Origin: Alphaproteobacteria bacterium
Lineage (GTDB): Bacteria; Pseudomonadota; Alphaproteobacteria; MPNO01; UBA830
Direction: 5' to 3'
Length of the DNA stretch: 64,000 nt
Assembly (NCBI GenBank): GCA_965243135.1
Contig: OZ251539.1
Coordinates: 3,488,001-3,552,000, forward strand
Shown here: piece by piece, positions 20,746 to 31,911 of the stretch
Layout: each line of letters opens with the position of its first letter
How positions within the stretch are numbered: position 1 is the stretch's first letter
Translations under genes and position numbers: made by a program
The notes under the pieces: generated by a model
Told to the model about the DNA's origin: nothing
Seen by the model: only the letters and a program-made list of their open reading frames with translations
Databases searched by the model: none

Positions 20746-21975
20746 ATGAGAAGAACCGAATTGACCGACCTGCTCCTCGGCGGCGAGAACTCGATCGTGG
20801 AGTTCAAGCGGAGCGATGTGCAGAGCCACGATCTGGCCAAGGACCTCGTAGCTTTTCTCAACGTTGCAGGCGGCGCAGTCCTGCTCGGCGTCGAGGACGA
20901 CGGCAGCGTTTCCGGCGTTGCGGGCGACCGGCTTGAGAAATGGATCAGAGAACTATGCCGAACCAAGATCGAGCCGCAGGTCGTCCCGCTTCTTTCGTGG
21001 ATTCGGGACGTGGAACCGGGCCGGGACGTGCTTGCGGTCCGTGTCACGCAGGGCCCGGACACCCCCTACAGCCTCATCCATAACGGCCAAAGGACTTACT
21101 ACCTTCGCCTCGGCGCCGCCTCCCGGAAAGCGAGCGGCGAGGAAATGGAAAGTCTCTATCCGGCGGCCGAACGTCTGCGATACGGCATGACGCCGGTGCC
21201 GGGCGCCACCTTCAACGCCCTCGACCTCGACCGCCTTCGCCATTACCTTATCCACGTCCTCGAAATGGACGCGCCGGCGAGGGACGCCCGCCGCGGATGG
21301 GAAACGCTGCTATGCGCTCGCGATTTGATGGCCGAATCCGTCGGCACATGCGTCGCGACCGTTAACGGGCTGCTCCTCTTCGGCAACCACCCGCGCCGGT
21401 ACCTGCCGCAATCGGGCATCCGCGCGGTCTGCTATCCGGGCGTCGAATCCGACCACGCGACGCGCGCAGATGAATACCTTCACGGTGCCATAGTGCCGTC
21501 GACAAGCGTCGCCGCCGTCGCGAAGGAGCTGGGACTCGTCGAACAGGCGTGCGATTTCGTGCGTCGCAACGCGTCGCCGACCGCTCATCTCGACGGCGCC
21601 CGCAGGATCGACGGGCGGGAATATCCGGAGAGCGTGGTCAGGGAAGCGTTGATGAACGCGCTCGTCCACCGCGACTTCAGCGTCGCCCGAGCGTGCGTGA
21701 CGCTGGTTCTCTACGCAGACCGCCTGGAAATCCAGAGTCCCGGCAGATTGCCCGGCACGATGACGGTCGACAAGGTGAAGGCAGGTTCGCGCCACGCGCG
21801 CAACCAAACGCTGTACTACGTCATGCGCGACTGCCATCCTGCCGATATTCGAAAGAGGGGGATGCGAAACGGGATAATCGCCGGAATGCGGGATCATAAC
21901 GGCATCGAACCCGATCTGATCGAGGAGGAGCGCAGCTTTACTGTCCGCCTGTGGAAAACGCGGAAGGTTGCGTGA
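20746..21975 (+). CDS. Schlafen/AlbA_2 domain + HATPase_c_4 (RecG C-terminal-like) protein
   Basis: GENSIVEFKR, VAFLNVAGG.VLLGVEDDG, YPESVVREALMNALVHRDF and LEIQSPGRLP. Confidence 0.85.
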   Translation: MRRTELTDLLLGGENSIVEFKRSDVQSHDLAKDLVAFLNVAGGAVLLGVEDDGSVSGVAGDRLEKWIRELCRTKIEPQVVPLLSWIRDVEPGRDVLAVRVTQGPDTPYSLIHNGQRTYYLRLGAASRKASGEEMESLYPAAERLRYGMTPVPGATFNALDLDRLRHYLIHVLEMDAPARDARRGWETLLCARDLMAESVGTCVATVNGLLLFGNHPRRYLPQSGIRAVCYPGVESDHATRADEYLHGAIVPSTSVAAVAKELGLVEQACDFVRRNASPTAHLDGARRIDGREYPESVVREALMNALVHRDFSVARACVTLVLYADRLEIQSPGRLPGTMTVDKVKAGSRHARNQTLYYVMRDCHPADIRKRGMRNGIIAGMRDHNGIEPDLIEEERSFTVRLWKTRKVA

Positions 21976-22625
21976 TGCCTTGCGATCTCCCTGCGGAAGT
22001 CGGTTGCCGATCTGCAGATGTATCGCGGCAGGAGTTCCGTTTCTGCGGATGTTCCGCAAGCGCCGGAAGCCGAAGCGCGACCCGGCGCTGCGCCTTGACG
22101 CGAAAGCGCCGGTCGACTGCATTTGCTGTGCGGAACTTTCGATAGCCTGATGGCCTGCGGAGTTTCGGCGCTTCGCTCCGGCACCCTCGAGCCGGGCGGC
22201 GCGCGTCTTGGTTCGCGAACGGGGCCGACATGGCGTTTCGCCGAAAGCGAACGGCTTGCAGGAGCCGGAACGCGGCTTCCACCCGTCGATCCCGCGAACA
22301 GACCGCGCTCTTCTTCGGCCCGCAGCCCTCGGTCATGTCGCGGCGGGTCGCGTCTGCCGCTTCCGCATCGCCTGCACCGGCAGGGCGCATACGGGCCGGC
22401 GTCGGGCCGACGGCCCGACAGCGTCCTGTCGCAAGCTGCCTGCCGACGGAGACAGCGCGGCGGAACCGGATGACGCGCCGCTCGGCAACCGAAACCCGAG
22501 CGCGTCTCGTGGAGAAAACTGCGCATGCTTTCGTCCACCGCCCGATTGCCTCCCGGTAGGCGGACGCGAGCGTCCGCCTGTCGCGCTGGACGCGCGCTCC
22601 TTTGCCGGATAGCCGCTTTCCGCCA

Positions 22626-24113
22626 ATGACCGAATCGGAAGATTTCGGCCGGCGCCCCGGACGGGTCGTCGCCGCGCTCTGCGCGGCGCAGGCGCTTTTC
22701 TGGACTCTCGCGCCCGCCTTGTCGCACAACGCGCTTCCGCTCGATACGGTCGAAATGCTGGTCTGGGGACGCGAAGGCGTCGTCGCGACCTACAAGCACC
22801 CGAATCTTCCCGGACTTCTGCTGGAAGCGGCGCGGCTCGTTTCGTTCGGCGCGACGTGGACGGCCTACGCGATCACGCAGGCCTGCATCGTCGCGACCTT
22901 CGCCGCCGTCTATCTGTTGGGCCGCGATCTTCTGGGACCGGCCCGCGCGCTCGCCGGGACGTTGCTGCTGACCGGCATTTACTATTTTTCCTGGCCGACT
23001 CCCGAGATGAAGCACAACCTGATGGAGATGCCGCTCTGGGCATGGCTGTGCCTGGCGCTGTGGCGTTCGACCAGAAGCGGGCGGCTCTCCTATTGGATCG
23101 CGCTCGCCGCGTTCGCCGGCCTCGCCGTGTGGGCCAAATACTCCGCGGCGGTCGCGCTGGCCGCCGCCGCCGCGTGGATATGCGCCGACGCGCAGGCGAG
23201 GGCAGCGCTCGCAGCGCCGCAACCGTGGATCGGATTGGCCGCATTCGCGGCGATCGTCGCGCCGCAGGCCGCCTTCCTGATCGAAACCGACCTGCTGCCC
23301 CTCGAGTACGCGTCCGAGAGGGCCGGCCGGGCCGACGGCCCGGCGCAGTTCCTGCTCGCGCAAATCGCCAATCACGGAGCTTTTTTCGTCATGGCCGCCG
23401 TCGCCGGCCTGTTCGGCGCCGGAGCCGTCCGTTCGTCCTCGAACCCGGACGCCCGCCGCTTTCTGGCGATCATGGGGTTGTGCCCCGCCCTGCTGGCGGC
23501 CGCGCTCGCGACGGCCGCGGGAACCGGTCTCCGGGACATGTGGGGCATGCCGATGTTCAACCTTTCGGGCCTTTTGCTCGTCGCCCTGCTCCCGGGACGG
23601 CTGAACGAGACCGGACTGCGCCGGCTGACCGCCTTCTCGTTCCTGCTCGTCGCCGCAGTCCCGGCGGTCTACGCCGCCTCGGTGCTGTGGCGCGGCGCGC
23701 TGTCCGATCGGCCGTCGCGGGCGGTTTGGCCGCAGGCGGCCATATCCCGCGCGCTGACCGAAGCCTGGATTCGCGAAACCGGCCGGCCGCTGCGCATCGT
23801 CGCCGGGCCGACCTGGGAAGCGGGCCTGGTCGCCCTCGGAGCGCCGGGATCTCCGTCGGTGCTGATCGACGGTTCGGCCCGAAAATCTCCGTGGGTGAAC
23901 GCGGCGGACGTCGCCCGGTTCGGCGCGCTCGCCGTCTGGCGAACCGGCGCGCCGCCCGCGCCGGACCTGCAGGCGCTGATCGGAGGACTTCCGGTCCGGC
24001 GGGAAACCTTCCGGTGGACCGATTCCGTCAGCGCGCGCCCGATCCGGTTGTCGTGGACGGCGATTCTTCCCCGCGCCTCCGAAAGACGTAGAAGCCGTTC
24101 AAAAGATAGGTGA
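22626..24113 (+). CDS. Glycosyltransferase family 39 / ArnT-like membrane glycosyltransferase
   Basis: LPLDTVEMLVWGRE...YKHP, multiple TM helices, WAKYS. Confidence 0.8.
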   Translation: MTESEDFGRRPGRVVAALCAAQALFWTLAPALSHNALPLDTVEMLVWGREGVVATYKHPNLPGLLLEAARLVSFGATWTAYAITQACIVATFAAVYLLGRDLLGPARALAGTLLLTGIYYFSWPTPEMKHNLMEMPLWAWLCLALWRSTRSGRLSYWIALAAFAGLAVWAKYSAAVALAAAAAWICADAQARAALAAPQPWIGLAAFAAIVAPQAAFLIETDLLPLEYASERAGRADGPAQFLLAQIANHGAFFVMAAVAGLFGAGAVRSSSNPDARRFLAIMGLCPALLAAALATAAGTGLRDMWGMPMFNLSGLLLVALLPGRLNETGLRRLTAFSFLLVAAVPAVYAASVLWRGALSDRPSRAVWPQAAISRALTEAWIRETGRPLRIVAGPTWEAGLVALGAPGSPSVLIDGSARKSPWVNAADVARFGALAVWRTGAPPAPDLQALIGGLPVRRETFRWTDSVSARPIRLSWTAILPRASERRRSRSKDR

Positions 24114-24456
24114 CGACCGCGGCGACGCCGGTGAACAGGACGAAGCCGACGCTGTAGTTCAGGCCCGCCCAGTCGGCCCACAAGGCCATCGCCCCCGAAT
24201 GAATGCCGATGACGCATGCGTAAACCGCGAGGAAGCGCAACGAGGCGCCGCCGTGCGCAACCTTCGACCGCATGACGAAATAACGGTTGCCGAGATACGA
24301 AACCACCATCGCGCAGGGCGTGGCGAGGGCATTCGCCATGGCGACGGGCGTCATCTCCGCCGCTTCCACGAGCAGAACCAGAATGGCGTAGTGAACCGCC
24401 GTGGCGGTCAGGCCGCATATGACGAAGCGGACGACCCGGCGCGCTTCGTCACGCAC
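24028..24456 (-). CDS. GtrA family flippase-like protein
   Basis: RFVICGLTATAVHY, SYLGNRYFV and TYLLNGFYVF; four TM segments. Confidence 0.85.
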   Translation of the reverse strand: MRDEARRVVRFVICGLTATAVHYAILVLLVEAAEMTPVAMANALATPCAMVVSYLGNRYFVMRSKVAHGGASLRFLAVYACVIGIHSGAMALWADWAGLNYSVGFVLFTGVAAVVTYLLNGFYVFRRRGEESPSTTTGSGAR

Positions 24457-25407
24457 CGCCGCCGACGGCCTCGACCTCCGACACGAGAGACGCGACGTTC
24501 GCGCCGATCTCGGACGGATAGCGGAAGCCGAACCCGTTCATCAGCAGAGCGACCAGGCTGAGCGCCGCGGTCTGCAGAAAGGCCAGAACCAGAAATCCGG
24601 TCACGATGGTCAGCCACCCCGGCGTCGCCTCGCCCGCCAGCTTGAGCCCGACCGCTATGGCGAGCGCGACCACGCTGAACGACGCGGCGCCGACGCAGAC
24701 AAGTCCCATCCGGGTCAGCACGGCGTCGTCGAATACGGCGATCGCCCTGATTCCGTGCAGCGCGAGGCCGGAAAAATTCATCCGGGAACGGCCGGCGTAG
24801 CGCTTGCCGCGATCGATCGGGATCTCTGTCCGGCGCAGACCGGACTTTATCAGCGCGGCGGCCAGATGAAGCCGGTCTCGTGCATTGCGGCCAGCCTCTC
24901 CAGGCCCCGGCGATCGATCGCGCAGAAATTGCCGAACCGGATCCGGCGGCCGGTGAGAAGGCCGAAAAACAGGCGATACAGCCCATAGCAGAAACGGAAG
25001 GAAAACCTCTCCGTCCGGCGCCTGCGGAGCGCGACGACCGCATTGCAACCTCCGGCCGCCTCCAACAGGCACCGGATGTCTTCGGGCCTGTCCTCGCCGT
25101 CGCAATCCATGACCACCGCCCCGGAGAAGCGCGGCTCCGCCGCGACCCGATGCAGGCCCGCGCATATCGCCGTCTGATGGCCGACGTTCCGCTTCAGGCG
25201 AAGAATCCTGCCCGCGAGTCCGGCCTCCGCGATGGAAGCGGCGGCGGGCGGATCGACGGACGAACCGTCGTCCACGGCGACGATTTCCAGGCGCGCGCCC
25301 AGATCGAGCCGCGACAGGTCGCGGCAAAGGCGCGCGAACGACGCCCCGTCCTCGAACACCGGAGTGACGATCGCCCAGGTCGCGGAATCGTCACGGGCGC
25401 GCAACAT
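24449..25407 (-). pseudogene. Glycosyltransferase family 2 with a single frameshift (~24874)
   Basis: The N-half (AVDDGS, NVGHQTAI, MDCDGEDRP) lies in ORF 24850..25407. The C-half (LHLAAALIKS, RYAGRSRMN, TM helices) lies in the 24449 frame. May be a sequencing indel. Confidence 0.75.
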
Positions 25408-26374
25408 CGATCCGATCTCCCGGAACGGTCTTCAACAACTCGCGAAACCAGGCGGCGGTGATCCCGATCCCCTCCTCGAGCGGGACGCGGGGCGTCCAGC
25501 CGAGCAGGGCGGAGGCGCGCGAGATGTCAGGCTTCCGCCGCAACGGATCGTCTTCCCCTTGTTCCAGACGGACGGTGCCCGACCCGCCGCCGCAAATCCG
25601 CAGTACGGTCTCGGCGAGCGCGGCGATCGTCGTTTCTTCGGGCTTGCCGAGATTCACCGGGCCGGGGGGGGCATCGTCCAGGTCCATATACGCCAGCAAT
25701 CCGTCCACCAGATCGTCCACGAAGCAGAACGACCGGGTCTGGAGGCCGTCGCCCACGAGCGTCAACGGGTGGCCGAGCAGCGCCTGAACGATGAAGTTGG
25801 AAACCACGCGCCCGTCCGAGGCGTGCATGCGCGGGCCGTAGGTGTTGAAGATTCTCGCCACCCTTATGTCGACGCCGTGCTGTCGATGGTAGTCGAAAAA
25901 CAGGGTCTCCGCGCATCGCTTGCCTTCGTCGTAGCAAGCGCGAGGCCCGATCGGATTGACGTTGCCCCAATCCTCCTCCTTCTGAGGATGGGCGAGCGGG
26001 TCGCCGTAGACCTCGCTGGTCGACGCCTGAAGGATGCGGGCGCCGCATCGCTGCGCGAGGTCGAGCATGTTGATCGCGCCGTGAACGGAGGTCTTCACGG
26101 TCTGCACCGGATCGTGCTGGTAATGAATCGGACTCGCCGGGCAGGCCAGATTGAAGATCCGGTCGACTTCGAGCCGCATCGGCTCGGTGACGTCGTGCCG
26201 AACGAGCTCGAAGTTCGCCTTGCCGAGCAGGCCGGCGACGTTGGCCTTGCTGCCCGTGAAAAAATTATCGAGGCAGATCACGTCGTGGCCTTGCGCCACC
26301 AGACGGTCGCAGACGTGCGAACCGATGAAGCCGGCTCCGCCGGTGACCAGCACCCTGTCGGCATAATGCTTCAT
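25391..26374 (-). CDS. UDP-glucuronate decarboxylase (UDP-xylose synthase) family
   Basis: [42 protein letters not shown] and DGRVVSNF. Confidence 0.92.
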   Translation of the reverse strand: MKHYADRVLVTGGAGFIGSHVCDRLVAQGHDVICLDNFFTGSKANVAGLLGKANFELVRHDVTEPMRLEVDRIFNLACPASPIHYQHDPVQTVKTSVHGAINMLDLAQRCGARILQASTSEVYGDPLAHPQKEEDWGNVNPIGPRACYDEGKRCAETLFFDYHRQHGVDIRVARIFNTYGPRMHASDGRVVSNFIVQALLGHPLTLVGDGLQTRSFCFVDDLVDGLLAYMDLDDAPPGPVNLGKPEETTIAALAETVLRICGGGSGTVRLEQGEDDPLRRKPDISRASALLGWTPRVPLEEGIGITAAWFRELLKTVPGDRIDVARP

Positions 26375-26771
26375 TCGCGCGTCGCCGGAGACTTCAAGCG
26401 CATTTCGAATCTCTTCCGTTCCGGAGACGCGTCGCCGGGTCTTTCGCGAAAGGTGGTCGGGCCGGCGGGCGGCCGAAGATCGGCCTGGCGGCAGCGTATG
26501 TGGGAACGGCCGGGGAATCAAGGGGGAAGGAAGCGGAGGCGTTTGCGCTGCGCCGTTCCCCGTCCCGCCGTTCGCTCCGCCCGCCCGCCGGCAGGGCGGC
26601 GGCGTCCGGCGAAACCCGGTTTCCGCGGGGCGGCCGCGACCCGGACTTCCGCCCCGGTTTCCGGCGTCCGCGCTTGCGCACCTGCCGTCCGATGGAATAG
26701 GGATGCGCGGGAAACCGGGATCGGCAGGCGCCGCCCGCCGTAAGGGCCGGACGCAGAAAAGGGAACGAAGC

Positions 26772-28307
26772 ATGGCCGGCAGAACCGCTTTCGGCGATTT
26801 GAGAGGCTGGATCGAGGCGTTGCGCGCGACCGGCGAACTCGAAGAGATCGGCGGCGAGGTCGACTGGAACGTCGAGATCGGCAACGTCGTCCGCATGCTG
26901 CAGGGCAGCGGCGACGGACCGGCATTCCTGTTCACCAACATCAAGGACTACAACGGGCCCGACGCCCTTTGCTCGAGGATCTTTACCGGCGGCCAGGCCA
27001 GCTACTCCCGGATCGCCATGATGTTCGGCCTGGAGAGGGATACGCCGGCGCGGGAACTGGTTCGCATCTGCAGAACGATCTTCCAGGAGCGGGTCGAGCC
27101 TCGCGTCGTCAAGGACGGCCCCGTGAAACGCAACGTCGTCGCCGGCGACGACGTCGATCTGCTCAGGTTCCCCGTGCCCAAATGGAACCGGCTGGACGGC
27201 GGCCGGTACGTGCTCACCTACGCCGGCTGCGTGACCAAGGATCCCGACACCGGAGTTCACAACGTCGGCATCTATCGCGGCATGGTCGGCGGGCCGGCGT
27301 CGATCCCGGTGCTCATGTGGCGGGCGCAGCACTGGGGGGCGCATTACGCCGCCCACGAGCGGCGCGGCGACGAGATGCCGGTCGCCTACGTGATCGGATG
27401 GGAGCCGTCCCTCGGCTTCACGGCCGGAGCGCCGGTGCCCCGCAACGTGTCGGAATACGAGGTGATGGGCGCGATCCGCGGCGAACCGGTCGATCTCGTC
27501 CCCTGCGAAACCGTGCCGCTGATGGTGCCCGCGTCGGCCGAGATCGTCATCGAGGGCTGGATTTCGACCGATCCGTCGACCTTCTCCGAGGAAGGCCCCT
27601 ACGCCGAGTTCACCGGATACTACGCGACGGAACGCACGCGGAAGCACACGACGCGGGTGACCTGCATCACGCATCGCGACGATCCGATCTTCCGCGGCAC
27701 GGTGGAAGGCGCGATCCCCGGCAGCGTCGGCGAGAACCCCATCATGAGCTCGGTCCAGAGATCGGCGGTCGCCTGGAACGCGCTCGAAAGCGCCGGCGTC
27801 CCCGGCGTCGTGGACGTGTTCGGCCATCCGATCCACGCCGCCGTCAACGTCAACGTCGCGATACGGCAGACCTATCGCGGCCAGGCGCGGCAGGTGGCGG
27901 CCGCGCTGTGGGGCGATTCGTCCTCCCACGTTCGCTACAAGCACGTCACCGTGGTCGACGACGACATCGATATCCACGATTACGAAGCGGTCGACTGGGC
28001 CTGCGCCTGGCGGTTCAACGCCGGCGAGGACGACCTCATGGTCTACCCGGCCAACTGGGGCGCGGGACTGGACCCCAGCGTAAGGCGCCGCGACGCCGAC
28101 GCCCTGCGGTTCGGAACCGGCAAATGGAGCCGGGTGCTGGTCGACGCCACGGTCAACCTCGATTACGAACCCGAGCGCGACGGGCGCCGCTACCCGCCGA
28201 CCGTCAGTCCTTCGGACGAGGACATGCGCGCGGTCGAAGGCAGATGGGACGCGCTGAAACTGTCCGGCAAATGGCGGAAACGGCTGGGATCGCGGCCCGA
28301 CGATTGA
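26772..28307 (+). CDS. UbiD family (prFMN-dependent) decarboxylase, paralog 1
   Basis: [28 protein letters not shown] and VVDDDIDI. Confidence 0.9.
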   Translation: MAGRTAFGDLRGWIEALRATGELEEIGGEVDWNVEIGNVVRMLQGSGDGPAFLFTNIKDYNGPDALCSRIFTGGQASYSRIAMMFGLERDTPARELVRICRTIFQERVEPRVVKDGPVKRNVVAGDDVDLLRFPVPKWNRLDGGRYVLTYAGCVTKDPDTGVHNVGIYRGMVGGPASIPVLMWRAQHWGAHYAAHERRGDEMPVAYVIGWEPSLGFTAGAPVPRNVSEYEVMGAIRGEPVDLVPCETVPLMVPASAEIVIEGWISTDPSTFSEEGPYAEFTGYYATERTRKHTTRVTCITHRDDPIFRGTVEGAIPGSVGENPIMSSVQRSAVAWNALESAGVPGVVDVFGHPIHAAVNVNVAIRQTYRGQARQVAAALWGDSSSHVRYKHVTVVDDDIDIHDYEAVDWACAWRFNAGEDDLMVYPANWGAGLDPSVRRRDADALRFGTGKWSRVLVDATVNLDYEPERDGRRYPPTVSPSDEDMRAVEGRWDALKLSGKWRKRLGSRPDD

Positions 28308-28360
28308 CTCGCGGGCCGAATGACGGGAAAACCCGACTTCCCACGCAATGAAGGAGCGAC

Positions 28361-29899
28361 ATGGTGTCCGAACCGACGGGCCTGCACAACAAGCTCGTGC
28401 CGAGATCTTTCGACGATCTGCGCGGCTGGATCGAAGCGCTGAAACTGGAGGGCGAACTCCAGGAAATCGACGTCGAGGTGGACTGGGATTGCGAGCTTGG
28501 AACCATCGCCCGCAAGGCGTTCGGCAACGGCGACGGCCCCGCCCTGCTGTTCAACAGCGTCAAGGGCTACGGCCCCGGCGACGACGTCTGGTCGCGGAAG
28601 GTGTTCACGGGAGGCCTCTCGAACTACCGGCGCGTGGCGATGGCGCTCGGCCTGCCCAAGGATGCCCCGGTGCGGGACATGGTGATGGCGACGCGCCACT
28701 ATCTCGGGCAGCGGGTCGCGCCGGTCGAAGTCGGCTCGGGAAAGGTCAAGGAGAACGTCGTCGCCGGCGAGGACGTCGATGTCTACAAGATCCCGGTGCC
28801 GCGCTGGCATCGCGAGGATGGCGGCCGCTACGTCAACACCTACCAGGCGACGGTGACGATGGATCCCGACACCGGCCAGCACAATCTCGGGATCTATCGC
28901 GGCATGCTGGGGCGGCGGGACACGATTCCGGTGCTTCTGTGGCGGGCCCAGAACTGGGGGGTGCATTTCCAGAAATGGGCGGACCGCGGCATGAAGATGC
29001 CGGTCGCGCACGTCTACGGGTTCGAGCCGTGCCTGCCCTTCTGCGCGTCGGCTCCGATCCCCACGGGGGTCTCCGAATACGAGGTCATGGGCGCGATTCG
29101 CGGGCGGCCCATGGAGCTCGTGAAATGCGAGACCAGCGACCTGATGGTTCCGGCCGACTGCGAGATGGTGATCGAAGGCTACATCGATCCCGATCCCGCG
29201 ACCTTCGAGATGGAGGGGCCGTTCGGCGAATACACCGGGTATTTCGGCGGCGACCAGGGGCCGAAGCACGTCACCAAGGTCACCTGCGTGACCTACCGCG
29301 ACGGTTCGATCCACCGCGGGACGCTGGAGGGCACGCTGCCCAAGATGCTGAACGAGAACTCGATCACCAGTTCGGTCCAGCGCGCCGGCGTCGCCTGGAA
29401 CGTGCTCGAGCGCGCGGGCGTGCCGGGAATCACCGACGTGCACTGTCCGCCCGCGAACAACGGCACGACGCTGATGATCCAGATGCGCCAGACCTACCGC
29501 GGACAGGCCAAGCAGGCGGCGGCGGCGATCTGGGGGTCGAATTCCGCGCATCTGCGCTACAAGAACGTATGGGTCGTCGACGAGGACATCGACATTCACG
29601 ACTACGGTGCGCTCGACTGGGCGTTCGCCTACCGCGTCAACGCCGCCGAGGACGACATCGTGTTCTTTCCCGCCACCTTCGGTTCGCTGCTCGACCCGTC
29701 GACCCGGCTGCCTCAGCGCGACCCGCTCAAGTACGGAACCGGCAAGTGGACGCGCGTTCTGATCGACGCGACGGTCAATCTCGATTTCGACGCGGAGGAG
29801 CAGTACGGCGGCGACCGCTACCCGCTCTCGGTCCATCCCCACGAGGAGGACGTGAAGCTGGTGACCTCCCGCTGGAAGGAGTACGGGTTCGAGGACTGA
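28361..29899 (+). CDS. UbiD family decarboxylase, paralog 2
   Basis: DGGRY, NLGIYR, EGPFGEYTGYF and VVDEDIDI. AAGGAG RBS. Confidence 0.9.
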   Translation: MVSEPTGLHNKLVPRSFDDLRGWIEALKLEGELQEIDVEVDWDCELGTIARKAFGNGDGPALLFNSVKGYGPGDDVWSRKVFTGGLSNYRRVAMALGLPKDAPVRDMVMATRHYLGQRVAPVEVGSGKVKENVVAGEDVDVYKIPVPRWHREDGGRYVNTYQATVTMDPDTGQHNLGIYRGMLGRRDTIPVLLWRAQNWGVHFQKWADRGMKMPVAHVYGFEPCLPFCASAPIPTGVSEYEVMGAIRGRPMELVKCETSDLMVPADCEMVIEGYIDPDPATFEMEGPFGEYTGYFGGDQGPKHVTKVTCVTYRDGSIHRGTLEGTLPKMLNENSITSSVQRAGVAWNVLERAGVPGITDVHCPPANNGTTLMIQMRQTYRGQAKQAAAAIWGSNSAHLRYKNVWVVDEDIDIHDYGALDWAFAYRVNAAEDDIVFFPATFGSLLDPSTRLPQRDPLKYGTGKWTRVLIDATVNLDFDAEEQYGGDRYPLSVHPHEEDVKLVTSRWKEYGFED

Positions 29900-29907
29900 C
29901 GCGCGCC

Positions 29908-30366
29908 TCAGCGGCGCGCCCGGAAGAAGCTCCGCAGCAGGCGCGCGGCGGCGGCCTCGCCGATGCCGCCGTATATCTCGGGGCGGACAGCCGCGCCGTC
30001 GAATATGCGGGGACCGTTTTCGACGCCGCCGCCTTTCGGGTCCGCGGCTCCGTAGTAGAGGCGCCGCAGCCTCGCGAACGAAATCGCCTGCGCGCACATG
30101 GGGCACGGCTCCAGCGTCACGTAGAGGTCGCACCCGGGCAGGCGCGGCGCGCCGCGCCGCGCCGCGGCTCTCCGGATGGCCAGGATCTCCGCATGCGCGG
30201 TCGGGTCGTTGCGCGCTTCGGTTTCGTTGCCGGCGCGGGCGAGCACTTCCCCGGTCCCGCCGTCGACGAGAACGGCGCCTACGGGCACTTCTCCCCGCGC
30301 CGCGGCCGCCTCCGCCTCTTCGAGCGCCAGCGCCATGTAGCGCGACATGAACGCGTTCTTCGTCAT
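29908..30366 (-). CDS. tadA: tRNA adenosine(34) deaminase
   Basis: GEVPVGAV, DPTAHAE, TLEPCPMC and DPKGG. Confidence 0.9.
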   Translation of the reverse strand: MTKNAFMSRYMALALEEAEAAAARGEVPVGAVLVDGGTGEVLARAGNETEARNDPTAHAEILAIRRAAARRGAPRLPGCDLYVTLEPCPMCAQAISFARLRRLYYGAADPKGGGVENGPRIFDGAAVRPEIYGGIGEAAAARLLRSFFRARR

Positions 30367-30454
30367 CGCGGCCATACAGCGCCGCGAACGCGGGCCAAGT
30401 CAAGAAACGGCTCGCAGGGTATATTCCGGGCGGAGACGACCGCGGAGGCGGCCA

Positions 30455-31168
30455 ATGAAGCGCCCGATGATCGGAATCACGCTCGATTCCAATGAAGGCG
30501 GAAGCTATTCCAGGTTTCCGTGGTACGCCATCCGGCGCAACTACGGCGAGGCGGTGACGGCCGCCGGCGGCGCGCCGGTCATGCTGCCGCACGAGCCGGA
30601 GCACGTCGGCTCCTATCTCGACCGGATATCGGGGCTGGTCGTCACGGGCGGCGCGTTCGACGTCGATCCCGCGCTCTTCGGCGAGGCGTCGCGGCATCCG
30701 TCGGTGACGCTCAAGCCGCGCCGAACGGAATTCGAATGGGCGGCGACCGAGGAGGCCCTGGCCCGCGACATGCCGGTGCTCGGCATCTGCGGCGGGCAGC
30801 AGCTTCTGAACGTGGTGCTGGGGGGGACTCTGATCCAGCACGTGCCCGACGAAACCGACGGCTCGATCGCCCACGAGCAGCCCAACCCGCGGGACGAGCC
30901 GGGCCACGACGTGACCGTGGTCGAGGGAACGCTGCTTCACCGAATCGTGGACGCGACCACCCTCTCGGTGAACTCCGCGCATCATCAGGCGGTCAGGGAC
31001 GCAGCCGACGACGCCGTCGTCAACGCGACGGCGCCCGACGGCGTCGTCGAAGGGATCGAGGCGCCGGCGTACCGGTTCTGCCTCGGCGTCCAGTGGCACC
31101 CCGAGTTCTTCATCGATTCCGCGGACGAGAAAATCTTCCGCGCTTTCGTCGCGCAAGCGGCGGGATGA
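30455..31168 (+). CDS. Gamma-glutamyl-gamma-aminobutyrate hydrolase family (peptidase C26)
   Basis: LGICGGQQ, VNSAHHQAV and GVQWHPE. Confidence 0.9.
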   Translation: MKRPMIGITLDSNEGGSYSRFPWYAIRRNYGEAVTAAGGAPVMLPHEPEHVGSYLDRISGLVVTGGAFDVDPALFGEASRHPSVTLKPRRTEFEWAATEEALARDMPVLGICGGQQLLNVVLGGTLIQHVPDETDGSIAHEQPNPRDEPGHDVTVVEGTLLHRIVDATTLSVNSAHHQAVRDAADDAVVNATAPDGVVEGIEAPAYRFCLGVQWHPEFFIDSADEKIFRAFVAQAAG

Positions 31169-31911
31169 CCTCCGCGCCCGCGGGAGAGCGGATCGCCAAG
31201 CGCCTCTCGAGGGCGGGGATATGCTCGCGGCGCGAGGCCGAACGCCGCATCGCCGCGGGCCGCGTCCAGGTCGACGGCGAAACGGTCACGGAACCCGGCA
31301 CGCTGGTTACGGACGAATCCGACGTACGGGTGGACGGCAACCCGGTCGCGGCGCCGGAGCCCACCCGGCTGTGGCGTTACCACAAGCCGGCCGGGCTGAT
31401 CTGCGCCAACGGCGATCCGAAGAACCGCCCCACGATATTCGACCGGCTGCCCAAGGGCATGCCCCGAATCATGACGGTCGGACGGCTGGACATGGCCTCA
31501 GAGGGACTGCTGCTGCTGACGAACGACGGGACGGCGGCGCGGCGCATGGAGCTTCCCGCCACGGGCTGGACGCGAAGGTACCGCGTGCGCCTGCGCGGCA
31601 GGCCGACGGAGGCGGAGATAGCCGAACTCGGGCGCGGCGTCTCGATCGACGGCTGGGACTACGGCCCGATCGAGGCGACCGTCGACGGCGAAAACGGCAC
31701 CAACGCCTGGCTGACGGTGCGGCTGCGGGAAGGAAGGAACCGCGAGATCCGGCGCGTGTTCGAGCATTTTCGCTACCCCGTGAACCGCTTGATCCGCGTC
31801 GCCTACGGCCCCTTCCAGCTTGGACGGCTCCCGCGCGGCGCGGTGGAGGAAACGCCGCAGCGGGTGGTGAAGGACCAGCTGCCGGATGCGCATCGTTTCC
31901 GGCAGGCATAG
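31165..31911 (+). CDS. rluB: S4-domain pseudouridine synthase (RluB-like)
   Basis: ERIAKRLSRAGICSRREAE, VGRLD, EGLLLLTNDG and EGRNREIRR. Confidence 0.85.
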   Translation: MTSAPAGERIAKRLSRAGICSRREAERRIAAGRVQVDGETVTEPGTLVTDESDVRVDGNPVAAPEPTRLWRYHKPAGLICANGDPKNRPTIFDRLPKGMPRIMTVGRLDMASEGLLLLTNDGTAARRMELPATGWTRRYRVRLRGRPTEAEIAELGRGVSIDGWDYGPIEATVDGENGTNAWLTVRLREGRNREIRRVFEHFRYPVNRLIRVAYGPFQLGRLPRGAVEETPQRVVKDQLPDAHRFRQA

